Shown here in pieces: positions 38,579 to 48,159 of a stretch of DNA of 57,431 nt. The notes under the pieces are model-generated. The model was not told where the DNA came from. It did no database searches and was given only the letters and a program-made list of their open reading frames with translations. The stretch is from the IMG/VR virus record IMGVR_UViG_3300009183_000053; one strand, written 5' to 3'. Position 1 is the stretch's first letter. Each line of letters begins with the position of its first letter. The stretch comes from an uncultured virus (IMG/VR IMGVR_UViG_3300009183_000053) (taxonomy: Duplodnaviria; Heunggongvirae; Uroviricota; Caudoviricetes). Position numbers and translations under genes: made by a program.

Positions 38579-40653
38579 GTTGTTTTAGCTGTTACATTAA
38601 CAATGATTGATTGTGGATCATATTCATCAAGCGTTATGATTCTATTATAAGATGATGAAATGATAGTTGATGTTGGTGTTACTGTCATCGTCAATTGTCC
38701 CAATTCATTATCAACTATAATTGGTGCAAAGGAATTTAATGTAATAATGCCAGATTTATAATCAACCGTACCAATGTTTCCATCAAATACAGTCTTCACA
38801 TTTAATGTATCATTAAAATAAGTTCTTAAAGTACCATATTTACCTTCAAGTGCCACTGTTGCTGCACCTAATGTACCTGTTGTATCATTTGATTTGTTTG
38901 TGATTGTTACTATTGCTGAAGTATACCCTACACCTTTTGTCAAAACATTTATTTGTTTGATAATACCATTGACCACCACAGCTTCTGCCGTTGCGCCACT
39001 ACCATCACCTAAAACTGTAACTGTAGGAGGATACTCATATCCAAAACCAGGATTTGTAACTGTGATTGATTCTACACCGCCTGTAGAAGAAGGCACTTCT
39101 TCAATGTTAAGGCCTTGAATTGTTTGAGCCAAGTTTAACGGGTTTCTATAAACAACTGTTGGTGTACTTAAAATACCACTTAAAAACATACCTTTTTTCA
39201 GTTCTGTACCATAATAAAGTTTGTATGTTGTTGGTGTACTTAGATTTGGAAAGAATTTTTTCTGTAGTTTAATAGAAATTTCATTCGTAATAATAGATGC
39301 ATCGGCCGCATTAATTCTGTTGTTAAAATCTGATGCTTTAAAAGTGGAATTAAATGTGTTTAATGTTGATAATGAATAAGAATATATCACACTTCTAACA
39401 GCCGCTTTGATTTGTGCAGCTGATGCGGTAGTTTTCTTAGGATCATACAATACGTTTGCTGTAATTTGAACGTAAGTATAATCTGGATCAACAATTGTTG
39501 GTTCAACTGTCATTATTGAAATTGGTTTCAATACATCTTTGATGAGTTTTGCTTTTTGATTTTGTGTTATTGTGTAACCACCAGTTGGTTTCATACAAAC
39601 AAATACACGACCATAAACAGGAGGATCGTTCTGTTGGCCACCCCAAACGTTTACTGCATCAAATGAATAACCTAATTGATTTTGTTGAATTGCTGTAATG
39701 TAATCATCTTTGGTGACGGCACGATTTTGTGCGGCATATGATTTTGGTGCTTGTAATTTAATAGAATCAATTGTTTCTCTTGATGAACCTTGTGATGCTG
39801 AAGTGATAGGTGTAACAACTGTGTTACTATAACCAGCAATAGTGTTCATTATTACGAAATTGTTTGCGCCAGCACCACTTAAACCTTGAGTGGTAACATA
39901 AGAAACTTTAACAATATTACCATTCTTCAATGCTTTACCTAATATTCCATTACCAAAATAGATTTCGAAGTAACCGTTCAAACCTTCTTGTAAGAAGTAT
40001 ACCGCAGAACTATTATTCAATGTTAAATAATCAGATGCTGAACTAAATGTTGTTAGGTAATTGTTTGATGAAGATTCTTGCACTGCAACCAACAGTGTGG
40101 TTGTATCAATATTTGTGTCTGGTAACTTAAATAATGACTTGGTATTTGTACCAACATCTACTAAAAAAGAATATACTTGTGAACTGCCTTGTTTTAATGT
40201 GATTTCATTAAACTGTGCAACACCATTAACTACATTAACTGTGTGTGAATCTGTGTTCACAAAATTATAATTGATACCATCAATAGCTTCAGATAGAAAG
40301 CTCGTATATTTTGGCAGTGTCAATGAAGCATCAGTCACCTGATTTACTCTCAAATTAATTGTGGCTGAAGGCGCAATCGCAGATTGTGGAATGTAATTTA
40401 ATAATTTTGCTTGAGAAACAACAGAGTTTCTTTGTAGAGCTGTGTCTAAAAACATTTCATTCGCAACCATATTCAAATAGTAGGCATTATATTGTGTATT
40501 GTATGCCAGTATATCTAAAAGGGTGGAAATTGCAGAACCTTCATAATTATAATCATTAAGGACGCCATTGTCCTTCATGTAGTTTTTTAAACTGTCTTTG
40601 ATTGAACCGAAATCTAGTTCGGTTATGTTGAAATTTGAATTAGCACCTGCCAT
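38575..40653 (-). CDS. gp6: Baseplate wedge subunit gp6
   Basis: LDF..IK.SL; DYNYEGS..LLDILAYNT.Y; NEMFLDTA..R.SVVS.AK; AQNRAVT..DY; VWGG..PPVYG.V. Confidence 0.93.
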   Translation of the reverse strand: MAGANSNFNITELDFGSIKDSLKNYMKDNGVLNDYNYEGSAISTLLDILAYNTQYNAYYLNMVANEMFLDTALQRNSVVSQAKLLNYIPQSAIAPSATINLRVNQVTDASLTLPKYTSFLSEAIDGINYNFVNTDSHTVNVVNGVAQFNEITLKQGSSQVYSFLVDVGTNTKSLFKLPDTNIDTTTLLVAVQESSSNNYLTTFSSASDYLTLNNSSAVYFLQEGLNGYFEIYFGNGILGKALKNGNIVKVSYVTTQGLSGAGANNFVIMNTIAGYSNTVVTPITSASQGSSRETIDSIKLQAPKSYAAQNRAVTKDDYITAIQQNQLGYSFDAVNVWGGQQNDPPVYGRVFVCMKPTGGYTITQNQKAKLIKDVLKPISIMTVEPTIVDPDYTYVQITANVLYDPKKTTASAAQIKAAVRSVIYSYSLSTLNTFNSTFKASDFNNRINAADASIITNEISIKLQKKFFPNLSTPTTYKLYYGTELKKGMFLSGILSTPTVVYRNPLNLAQTIQGLNIEEVPSSTGGVESITVTNPGFGYEYPPTVTVLGDGSGATAEAVVVNGIIKQINVLTKGVGYTSAIVTITNKSNDTTGTLGAATVALEGKYGTLRTYFNDTLNVKTVFDGNIGTVDYKSGIITLNSFAPIIVDNELGQLTMTVTPTSTIISSSYNRIITLDEYDPQSIIVNVTAKTT

Positions 40654-40654
40654 T

Positions 40655-41056
40655 TTATCTGTTTCTCTCTAAAAAAACTGTTACAGTAGTTGGTTGTGTT
40701 GCATTTGATATATAAAAAGTTAGTGTAACATCATAAGCATTTCTGTCAATGTATGGTGTCACTACTACATTTTTCATATTTACCCTAGGTTCATAGTTTG
40801 CAATTGCAACTGAAATTTCTTTTTCTAAAGCCGCAGCTGTAACACTGGAGATATTTTCAAATAAAAGGGTGTCTATATTAGATCCAAAATCTGGATTCCA
40901 TAGTTTTTCAAACTTTTTTGTTAATAATATGTTTCTCAAAGAACGGATGATGGCTTGATTATCATAACTTAAAGCGATATCATTCAACACAGGCCTCTTT
41001 GCGAGTGTGAAATCTATATCGGAGTATAGTTTTTGTATAGTTTGTGAGGTTGCCAT
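40655..41056 (-). CDS. gp25: Baseplate wedge subunit gp25
   Basis: YSDID; AI.RSL.NI..T...E...P.FGS; I.NYEPRV. Confidence 0.92.
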   Translation of the reverse strand: MATSQTIQKLYSDIDFTLAKRPVLNDIALSYDNQAIIRSLRNILLTKKFEKLWNPDFGSNIDTLLFENISSVTAAALEKEISVAIANYEPRVNMKNVVVTPYIDRNAYDVTLTFYISNATQPTTVTVFLERNR

Positions 41057-41060
41057 CTTT

Positions 41061-41068
41061 TATTTATG
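41061..41068 (-). promoter_or_regulatory. Late promoter-like box CATAAATA before gp25
   Basis: NATAAATA 4 nt before the ATG. Confidence 0.65.
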
Positions 41069-41153
41069 TCTAGGAGTAAAACGCTTTTTTGTATTTTCGA
41101 AGCTGTGGGAGAAAATTCTTAGGCCGGAACGCAAAAATTCGAAATTTCGGCAA

Positions 41154-42008
41154 TTATGCAATTCTTGACTTGGCCTTCTCGGTACCAATTAAATTATTAA
41201 CTAAGTATTTTTCAGTTTCACCCATATTGTTCAATCTCTTAGTTTTATTGTATCCGTCAACAAACCTTTTAACATTATTGTAAAAATCAATATCAGCTAC
41301 TTTTCTCTGATTCATAAAGTTCTTAATATTGTTCATTTGTGTATTTAATGTTGTCAATTGTTGACTTGTGAGATTTGATGTTGCTGTGGTTACTGTTGTG
41401 GAGTATCCAGTTTCTGGATCAATCGTTGTTGATGTTGTTATGGTCACACTATTTGCAAATTGTTGTTTATATGTTAACAGAGTATTGTTATTTGCAATCA
41501 ATTGTGGTTCAATCATCAAACTAGTGAAACTACCCATAATTGGTGCATTGTTTGTTACCGCATCAGTTTGATAAGTAATATACATTGCGGTTCTACCCGC
41601 ACTCATAGCTAAATCCATATATGGACTGAGTGTATCTAAACCATCATATTCTGTTAATCCAGATTGTTTACTGGTGTGTGTCAAAAATGCCATTGCATTA
41701 CTCATTAATTCAGTGGATGAGGTTTTGACATTGGCCATATTATTTACACCATTGCCTGTGTTTGCAAGTTGATATATTGCATTTGCATTTGTATAAATTA
41801 ACATGGTTATAGATTGCATTGGGTTTTGGTAGTAACCACCATAATCATTATTTGCAATATCTTGTGCTTGCCAAGATGTAATGAAAGGTGGCATTGTGTC
41901 CATATGTTCTTTTGTGTCGATGGACAATTCTTGTATATGACCATTAGGATCATCAAATCCGTAACCAAATGAATGAAAAATTCCTGCTGCGTTTGCCACT
42001 GCTACCAT
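41154..42008 (-). CDS. Hypothetical baseplate-region protein
   Basis: 284-aa ORF between gp5-C and gp25. Confidence 0.6.
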   Translation of the reverse strand: MVAVANAAGIFHSFGYGFDDPNGHIQELSIDTKEHMDTMPPFITSWQAQDIANNDYGGYYQNPMQSITMLIYTNANAIYQLANTGNGVNNMANVKTSSTELMSNAMAFLTHTSKQSGLTEYDGLDTLSPYMDLAMSAGRTAMYITYQTDAVTNNAPIMGSFTSLMIEPQLIANNNTLLTYKQQFANSVTITTSTTIDPETGYSTTVTTATSNLTSQQLTTLNTQMNNIKNFMNQRKVADIDFYNNVKRFVDGYNKTKRLNNMGETEKYLVNNLIGTEKAKSRIA

Positions 42009-42009
42009 A

Positions 42010-42882
42010 TTATACTCCTGCGAATGGTGTCATTGGCATTGTAGTTGGTGTACCATTATTACCATTGCCGTGGATGTGTGTATTGAATATTGATGTATTA
42101 ATTTTATCTGACATTAAAACCGCATCCATCACACTAATTTTTGCCAAAGCAAAGTTCGCCATGGCTGCATTTACTGAAACAACAGCATTCACTGATGTGA
42201 GTGCATTGATTTGACCAGGAACTGCAATTGGTGATGCTGGTGTAGGGAATCCAGCAGACACACCGCCTGATGTTGTGAATCCATCAACTCCAGCGTAAAC
42301 TCCTGTACCGGCTGTAACCCTAGATTCAGCATTAATCATATCTGCGTGAATTGAACCACCAACATTTAAATCAGATGCTATAGATATGTGGTCAGCTGCA
42401 CCGAGATACATTGTTCCGCCAAAATTTTCATCAGCTGTAATTCTCACATCACTATCACCCAATATATCTATTTCTCCAATAGCTCTGATGTTTGTGTCAC
42501 CTTTAACTTGTAGGTTGTAATTGCCACCAACCTGTACATTCATATCTTGCAGTACATTTAGGTTGCAATTACCTCCAATTTCAATATTACAATCACCACC
42601 AATCAATATATTTTTATTTGAGACAATAATTGTGAATCCGTTGCCATAAACTTTATGTACTTCATCACCGTTTGGATGCATTTCAATAAATGTACCCGTT
42701 CTATGTGATAAACGTATACGTTCTCTGGTTGGAGTGTCATCCATTTCAAATTTATGTCCAGCTTCAGTTTGTTGAACATTGTTATATGGATAAACAGGTT
42801 GATAATATGTATTTGCGGCAGATTCAGGTTCTGTCCACAAATTATCAGCTGGCGGAGAATTAATGTCTGTAGTGTCTGTCAT
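42010..42882 (-). CDS. gp5: gp5 C-terminal part (beta-helix spike) with HxH tip motif
   Basis: YPYN.V..T..GH.FE.DDTP..ERI..HRTGTF.E; V.G..N..V.G octad repeats; terminal THIH. Confidence 0.85.
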   Translation of the reverse strand: MTDTTDINSPPADNLWTEPESAANTYYQPVYPYNNVQQTEAGHKFEMDDTPTRERIRLSHRTGTFIEMHPNGDEVHKVYGNGFTIIVSNKNILIGGDCNIEIGGNCNLNVLQDMNVQVGGNYNLQVKGDTNIRAIGEIDILGDSDVRITADENFGGTMYLGAADHISIASDLNVGGSIHADMINAESRVTAGTGVYAGVDGFTTSGGVSAGFPTPASPIAVPGQINALTSVNAVVSVNAAMANFALAKISVMDAVLMSDKINTSIFNTHIHGNGNNGTPTTMPMTPFAGV

Positions 42883-42885
42883 GGT

Positions 42886-43755
42886 TTATGGTGTGGATTT
42901 TTTTAAATCTTTAGGTTCAAGGCTTTTAGCAACACTGTCTGTTGTTGGTAATGATGCACTATAATTAGCAATGGTTTTATTTGCAGCTTTTACTTCTGCG
43001 GCTGAAACAGGTACCATTAAACCAACGGTCGCAGCACCTGCAATCGCAACAGCACCAGCAGCTGCAGTACCAGCCAATTTTACTGTAGTAACAGTTTCAT
43101 TTATAAGTGATTTTGTTGATTTAATCAAATCAGAAAAACCACTATCTTCTCCACCAGCTGTGAGTTCTTTGAAGAAGTCTGTCATAACATTTTTCACGAG
43201 TTTTAAGAATTTTGCTAAACATTGAGCCAACATTTTTAAGAATCTTGCTGGTAATGATAAAATCCATTGAATTATGGCTCTAATTTTTGTGATATATGCC
43301 AACACATACTTTTCAAAATTAATAACATCTTTTAAAAATTTCTGTACAGTCTTCAACCAACGAGCTGCTTCTTTTAGTTTGGCCGCAATCGCTGCAAATA
43401 TACCAGATTTGTCTGATAAACCTAAAGCTTTCAATATTGCACGAATTTGTTCTCTAATTGCTTGTGCAGTTGCTTTGATAAACTTTTTCAAGTATATATT
43501 TTTTCTCATATCATCAATGAAACTACAAACATGGGTTAATTTTTTATTGTTGTTACCCACACTTGTTCCATCAACCACACTTCTTGCACACATAGGTGTA
43601 GTTGGTGTTCCTGGTACTCGACCATCATTTTCTGCTCCAAGTGGTGGTTTTAAGTTTGCATTACCTACGATGGGTAAATCACCTGAAGATGGTCCTGTTG
43701 GTTCCACATTTGTGATAGTACTTTGACCTGGTGTAAATATTTCTGCTGTTGCCAT
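42886..43755 (-). CDS. Hypothetical protein with Lys/Leu-rich amphipathic helices, between the two gp5 parts
   Basis: 289-aa ORF tightly abutting both neighbours. Confidence 0.65.
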   Translation of the reverse strand: MATAEIFTPGQSTITNVEPTGPSSGDLPIVGNANLKPPLGAENDGRVPGTPTTPMCARSVVDGTSVGNNNKKLTHVCSFIDDMRKNIYLKKFIKATAQAIREQIRAILKALGLSDKSGIFAAIAAKLKEAARWLKTVQKFLKDVINFEKYVLAYITKIRAIIQWILSLPARFLKMLAQCLAKFLKLVKNVMTDFFKELTAGGEDSGFSDLIKSTKSLINETVTTVKLAGTAAAGAVAIAGAATVGLMVPVSAAEVKAANKTIANYSASLPTTDSVAKSLEPKDLKKSTP

Positions 43756-43756
43756 A

Positions 43757-44080
43757 TTATATCTCTTGTGTTGTTTGGTCTGGTTCTTTTTCTAAACCAG
43801 GTAATACACCCATCATTACTGGTGCTTGACCGGAATCTCCATCCATGAAGAAACCTACAATCCATTCATCTAACATAGGTGCTGAAAAAGATTTTGAATT
43901 ATTGATTGGATACATCGGCAAAGCCCAAGGTAAATCTTCCGTTGGTAAATCTATCTTATTATCTGTATGCCAACCAAAAATTCTAACTTTGCATCGACCT
44001 AGACCTAATGGATCACCCCTGAATTCATTGATACCGACCCACCAAATAAATCCATCTTTACCTATAAAATTATTATTCAT
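43757..44080 (-). CDS. gp5: gp5 N-terminal OB-fold domain as a stand-alone ORF
   Basis: F.WW.G..E...DPL.LGR.KVRIFG.H...LPT.DLPWA...VGFF.DG...Q.PV.MG.LP. Confidence 0.88.
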   Translation of the reverse strand: MNNNFIGKDGFIWWVGINEFRGDPLGLGRCKVRIFGWHTDNKIDLPTEDLPWALPMYPINNSKSFSAPMLDEWIVGFFMDGDSGQAPVMMGVLPGLEKEPDQTTQEI

Positions 44081-45422
44081 TCACTGCTCCCAAATATGAT
44101 TGGTCTGGATATTTCAATTTTGTATTTTCTTTTGCTAATTCCAAAACAGTTTGATATGTACCTTGTGTTTGTATAATATGCCTAACAGCAGTTACAAGAT
44201 ATATGCCAGAAAAATATTCATCTTTTTCTCTTGTGGCTGCTGTCGGTGTGCCTTCCATACCTAAAGAATATAACAAGATGTTAACTGTTCTTCCTGCTGT
44301 TATACTACTGTCTCCAGGTATTATTGCCTTCATCACCGTGTAATTTGACAAGGCAATTTGTGCGGTTCTATTAGGCACGTATGTCTCTATGTATATGTCT
44401 TTGGCCACACCATCCGGTTTTTGACTTATATATTCTTGGTCGATTTGATTTGCATTACTAAATGCCAGTTTCAAAGAACTTTCATACATCTGTGTTTGGT
44501 GTTTACCGAATCTATTGACTGCTGAACCTGATTGTGTATATCCCAATTCATCTTTACTAAAATTTGTAACTGTCTTTGTTCTTTTAATTGGATCAATTGA
44601 AATTAACCTGTTGGCATACATACCAGAATTTGTTGCTTCTAAGGTGTCATATGTTTTTATGAATTCATAATCTAGAATGTTAAACATATTTTCAGCTCTG
44701 TTACTATAATTCAAGTCTGATGGTTGATATTTGTATGTTGCATAAGGAGTATCCGCAAACATTGATTGTATTGACTGAAAGTAAAATCCATCGTTTGTTT
44801 CATAGAATAACATATCTGCGCCGCCATTAATATCTGGCCTTGCGTATGTTGATAACCAACTTATTGCTTCAAATGGTTTCAATCTAGGTATAACAAAATC
44901 ATAAACACCATATGTTTGTTGTATGTATTTGACTTTTTTAGGATTAACTTTTAATCCATTGAATTCATCCAAAAGTAAACTACTTACAATATCGGATATT
45001 ACCGTTCCTTTGAAAGATTTTGAAACCTTCAGTTGTTCAGACAAAAACAATTCTTCCGATGAAAAATACATTGTAAAAAATTCAGAGTTTTTATTGCCAG
45101 CTGGTTTTCTGTTACCGACCTTATATAATCTATATTTTCTTGAATTTTTATATTCTGCTGATTGTTTTTTTGATTTTCCGTAGATAATCTCAATAAATTC
45201 TGAACCATCTAATCTGAGTTTTTCAATAATACCAACAGCATCACGTAAAACAACATTACCAGAACAAGCAAAAGAGTATATGTCTTCGAAAAAAGACAAC
45301 TCAACAACTAGGTGTTTTAATTTAAAGGTGTCGCCATAATCGGTAATAATATCCACTGCTTCCAAGTTGAAGTCTTGTGCATATCTTGGTCCGCCAGCTG
45401 GTGCGCTATTATCTTCAGCCAT
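44073..45422 (-). CDS. Probable baseplate hub protein (gp27-like)
   Basis: FEDI..SG..L.D..G; FYET..GF.F.S; PGD..AG..V; SG.YLVTAVRH; lies between gp53 and gp5. Confidence 0.65.
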   Translation of the reverse strand: MAEDNSAPAGGPRYAQDFNLEAVDIITDYGDTFKLKHLVVELSFFEDIYSFACSGNVVLRDAVGIIEKLRLDGSEFIEIIYGKSKKQSAEYKNSRKYRLYKVGNRKPAGNKNSEFFTMYFSSEELFLSEQLKVSKSFKGTVISDIVSSLLLDEFNGLKVNPKKVKYIQQTYGVYDFVIPRLKPFEAISWLSTYARPDINGGADMLFYETNDGFYFQSIQSMFADTPYATYKYQPSDLNYSNRAENMFNILDYEFIKTYDTLEATNSGMYANRLISIDPIKRTKTVTNFSKDELGYTQSGSAVNRFGKHQTQMYESSLKLAFSNANQIDQEYISQKPDGVAKDIYIETYVPNRTAQIALSNYTVMKAIIPGDSSITAGRTVNILLYSLGMEGTPTAATREKDEYFSGIYLVTAVRHIIQTQGTYQTVLELAKENTKLKYPDQSYLGAVNE

Positions 45423-45423
45423 A

Positions 45424-46020
45424 TTACTTCATCAATTCCAAAAATTGCGACTCTAGTTTATCCGCATATGCTTTATTTAATATTTTTATATTTCTTTTTG
45501 ACTCGTTTAAAGAATTTTCATATTCATAATTTGTAACTACACTTTTTACAACATTTACTCTAATTGTTTCTGAACCCAATGTATATGTTGTTGTCGTACT
45601 AGATTGCAAGCTGTTATAAACTTCTTGTGAAATTGTTTCGGTATCAACAGTTGTTGTGTTTGTGTTTATATTTGTTTTTGTGGTAATTCTTTCATAATGA
45701 TGTGTAGAATTTAAATTACCAGTATTATATTTGTTTAAAATATATTTTTGAAATTTATTTGAATTTAATGGCCAGTCCCATTGTGGATCATTTAATTGGT
45801 TACAATATAAAACAATCCAAAAACGATTAACATCTCCATAATATTTGTAAGCAATAATTTCAGGAGTATCACCGTCTTGTACATCATAATTATAATAAAC
45901 TAGAGCATTATTTAATACACTTGGTATTACACTTGCTCTTGCCATTAAATTTGTATAGATTGTGGTAACATTGTTTTTGTCCACATATCTTATTTTTGGT
46001 AAAGAATTAAAGTATTGCAT
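45424..46020 (-). CDS. gp53: Baseplate wedge protein gp53
   Basis: YF..LP; Y.VQDGDTPE.IA.KYYGD...W.VL..N...DP..DWP; YEYE..LNE.KR.IK.L. Confidence 0.9.
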   Translation of the reverse strand: MQYFNSLPKIRYVDKNNVTTIYTNLMARASVIPSVLNNALVYYNYDVQDGDTPEIIAYKYYGDVNRFWIVLYCNQLNDPQWDWPLNSNKFQKYILNKYNTGNLNSTHHYERITTKTNINTNTTTVDTETISQEVYNSLQSSTTTTYTLGSETIRVNVVKSVVTNYEYENSLNESKRNIKILNKAYADKLESQFLELMK

Positions 46021-47060
46021 TAGTATCCTGCCTCGATTGATGCTCTGTCAACCAAGATAATTTCTTTAAATGTGATGTTCACAATACTTTGTACCGGTGC
46101 ACCATCTGTATGTGCTGTCCATCCATTTGGTGCATAGTTTACATCAATTGATTCAATTACACATTTTTGTAATCTTGGGAGATTTGTATTTGTTTTGCCT
46201 TGGAAACGAAAATCAATGTTAAAATAAGCGGGTGGCACCCAAAACATACCTGCAAAAGCAGTTGATGCAGCTGGCGCAGCCCACTTTCTAAACATTTTTA
46301 TAATTTGTTTAACATCTTCAGCTTCTCTTGCTGAATATGGTGTAAATGTGAATGACATATCAAATGTTCTGAAGTCGATACCTTGAAACAACATTTGTTT
46401 TTGGGGATTAAAAACGTAACCAGCTTTGTTCAATATAACTTTTGATGCATCGTTGTTTACCACATCTGTAAATTTACTAACAACCCTACCCAAAAGTGGT
46501 ATTGCACCGGCAGCTGATGCTAATGTTGTACTATCATCATAAGATGCACCAGAACTCAAAGAGAAATTTTCTGGCATGTATAAAGATATGTAACCGACTG
46601 GTGTTCCTTTTTTCTCACTAAAAAAGTTTGTGACACCAGCAATTTTTCCAGCTAAACTATCAAGTGCTCCAAAACCTGCGTTTAATGTGCCGGTTGCGGC
46701 TCCTCTAGGATCATCAACAACTTTTGTTACGCCGTCTGAAACGGTTGATGTGAAACTACTCCATGTGCTGCTTAATGAATCGGCCGAGATACCGTTAATT
46801 GCATCTAGACCTTCGCCAGCGGCATCAAATCCCATGTCTACAAAATCTCTATTCAAAACATATATACCTTCTAAACCAATTTCTTTCACTTCTTCGATTG
46901 TAAAGAATACTGAATGTGATTTCGTAGAACTACCTAAGTCTCTTGGATATTGTACAAAGTCCAGTCCTCCACTTTCATACAATGATCCAAGTGGACCGCC
47001 TAGTAATCCACCTGGTATATTAATCCCGCCAATTGATGTTGGTATTGAAATAAGTGCCAT
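46020..47060 (-). CDS. gp48: Baseplate tail tube cap gp48
   Basis: YP.DL; I.LYMP; NP...LF.G..FRTF...F.F.P.S..EA..V..II..FR; P..F.I; L.F.E. Confidence 0.85.
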   Translation of the reverse strand: MALISIPTSIGGINIPGGLLGGPLGSLYESGGLDFVQYPRDLGSSTKSHSVFFTIEEVKEIGLEGIYVLNRDFVDMGFDAAGEGLDAINGISADSLSSTWSSFTSTVSDGVTKVVDDPRGAATGTLNAGFGALDSLAGKIAGVTNFFSEKKGTPVGYISLYMPENFSLSSGASYDDSTTLASAAGAIPLLGRVVSKFTDVVNNDASKVILNKAGYVFNPQKQMLFQGIDFRTFDMSFTFTPYSAREAEDVKQIIKMFRKWAAPAASTAFAGMFWVPPAYFNIDFRFQGKTNTNLPRLQKCVIESIDVNYAPNGWTAHTDGAPVQSIVNITFKEIILVDRASIEAGY

Positions 47061-47090
47061 CGTTTTGTTTTCTGAAAGAGTGATATATAG

Positions 47091-47098
47091 TATTTATG
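47091..47098 (-). promoter_or_regulatory. Late promoter-like box CATAAATA driving the baseplate operon
   Basis: Upstream of gp48 at the divergent junction, overlapping the gp4 start codon. Confidence 0.7.
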
Positions 47099-47530
47099 GC
47101 ATATTCAGGAACGTTTCGACCCTCAAATCCCCAAAAATACATGGGAGACCACAAAAACATTATATATCGCTCATCATGGGAATGTCGAGTGATGAATTGG
47201 CTCGACAAAAATCCAAGTATTGTGTCTTGGGCCTCAGAAGAATTAATAATTCCATACAAATCACCAGTTGATAATCGTATGCACCGATACTTTCCAGACT
47301 TTGTTGTTAAAGTTAAAGACAAAAATGGGCAAACAAGAACGATGATGCTTGAAGTAAAACCAAAATATCAAACAATGGAACCAGAAAAAAAGAAACGTGT
47401 TACGAAACAATACATACAAGAGGTTGTCACATGGGGTGTCAATCAAGCCAAATGGAAGGCTGCAACAGAATATTGTTTGGATAGAGGTTGGGAGTTCAAG
47501 TTAATAACGGAAGACCATCTTGGACTGTAA
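47096..47530 (+). CDS. gp4: Head completion nuclease gp4
   Basis: P.NP.KY.GD...I.YRSSWE; W.SEE..IPY..P.D...HRYFPDF; EVKP; N.AKW.AA. Confidence 0.93.
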   Translation: MAYSGTFRPSNPQKYMGDHKNIIYRSSWECRVMNWLDKNPSIVSWASEELIIPYKSPVDNRMHRYFPDFVVKVKDKNGQTRTMMLEVKPKYQTMEPEKKKRVTKQYIQEVVTWGVNQAKWKAATEYCLDRGWEFKLITEDHLGL

Positions 47531-47541
47531 CTAAATATCCA

Positions 47542-48159
47542 ATGACGACAAAATCCATACTCACCACATTATCAGAAGAAAAGATAGCGGCTCAATATCC
47601 AACGATGAGCCGTGAATCTTTGCGTTGGTTGTTGCAAAAAGTTGCAGCGCTTAGAAATCCAACACGTTTATCTGTTCCAATTACAAAAGAACAAAATAGA
47701 TGGACAAGACCAGGAGACAGACAGAAATTTTTAATGGGTGGTATGTATTATTTTGTGTATGATCCAAAAGGTAAGGCAGATTTACCATATTATGACAGAT
47801 TTCCACTGGTATTGCCACTTAAAAGACAATCAGATGGGTTTATTGGGTTAAATCTACATTATTTGCCGTTAAAGTATAGGGTTCTTTTCCTGCGTAAGTT
47901 ATTGAATTTCGCAATCTATGATGAGAATGATGAAATAAAGCGAATCCGTATCACCTATCAAATCCTGGAGGCTTCTTCCAGGTTAAAAGAATTCAGACCT
48001 TGCATCAAACACTACCTATACAGTCATATAAAATCCAGAATTCTGGCTGTAGAACCTAACGAATGGGATATTGCAACATATTTACCAATTCATCAGTTCA
48101 AAAAGGCAAAACCACAAGAAGTCTGGAAAGATTCGGTCCAAGAAATAAGGAATTCTTAA
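47542..48159 (+). CDS. gp2: DNA end protector protein gp2 (likely start 47542)
   Basis: Y.F.YDPK.K..LPYYD.FPLV; GF.GLNLHYLP; PCIKHYL..H; start follows CTAAATA box. Confidence 0.92.
   Translation: MTTKSILTTLSEEKIAAQYPTMSRESLRWLLQKVAALRNPTRLSVPITKEQNRWTRPGDRQKFLMGGMYYFVYDPKGKADLPYYDRFPLVLPLKRQSDGFIGLNLHYLPLKYRVLFLRKLLNFAIYDENDEIKRIRITYQILEASSRLKEFRPCIKHYLYSHIKSRILAVEPNEWDIATYLPIHQFKKAKPQEVWKDSVQEIRNS

Noticed and set aside
15..46020. Numerous plus-strand ORFs (Pro-, Ala- or Val-rich) in the ORF track
   Set aside because: Antisense shadows of Gly/Ala/Thr-rich minus-strand genes; no independent signals
46630..47271. 213-aa plus-strand ORF across the divergent junction
   Set aside because: Overlaps gp48 antisense and gp4 out of frame; no recognisable motifs
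47096..47530. TnsA transposase / mobile element
   Set aside because: The TnsA-like fold is expected for T4 gp4; synteny with gp2 and no transposon ends
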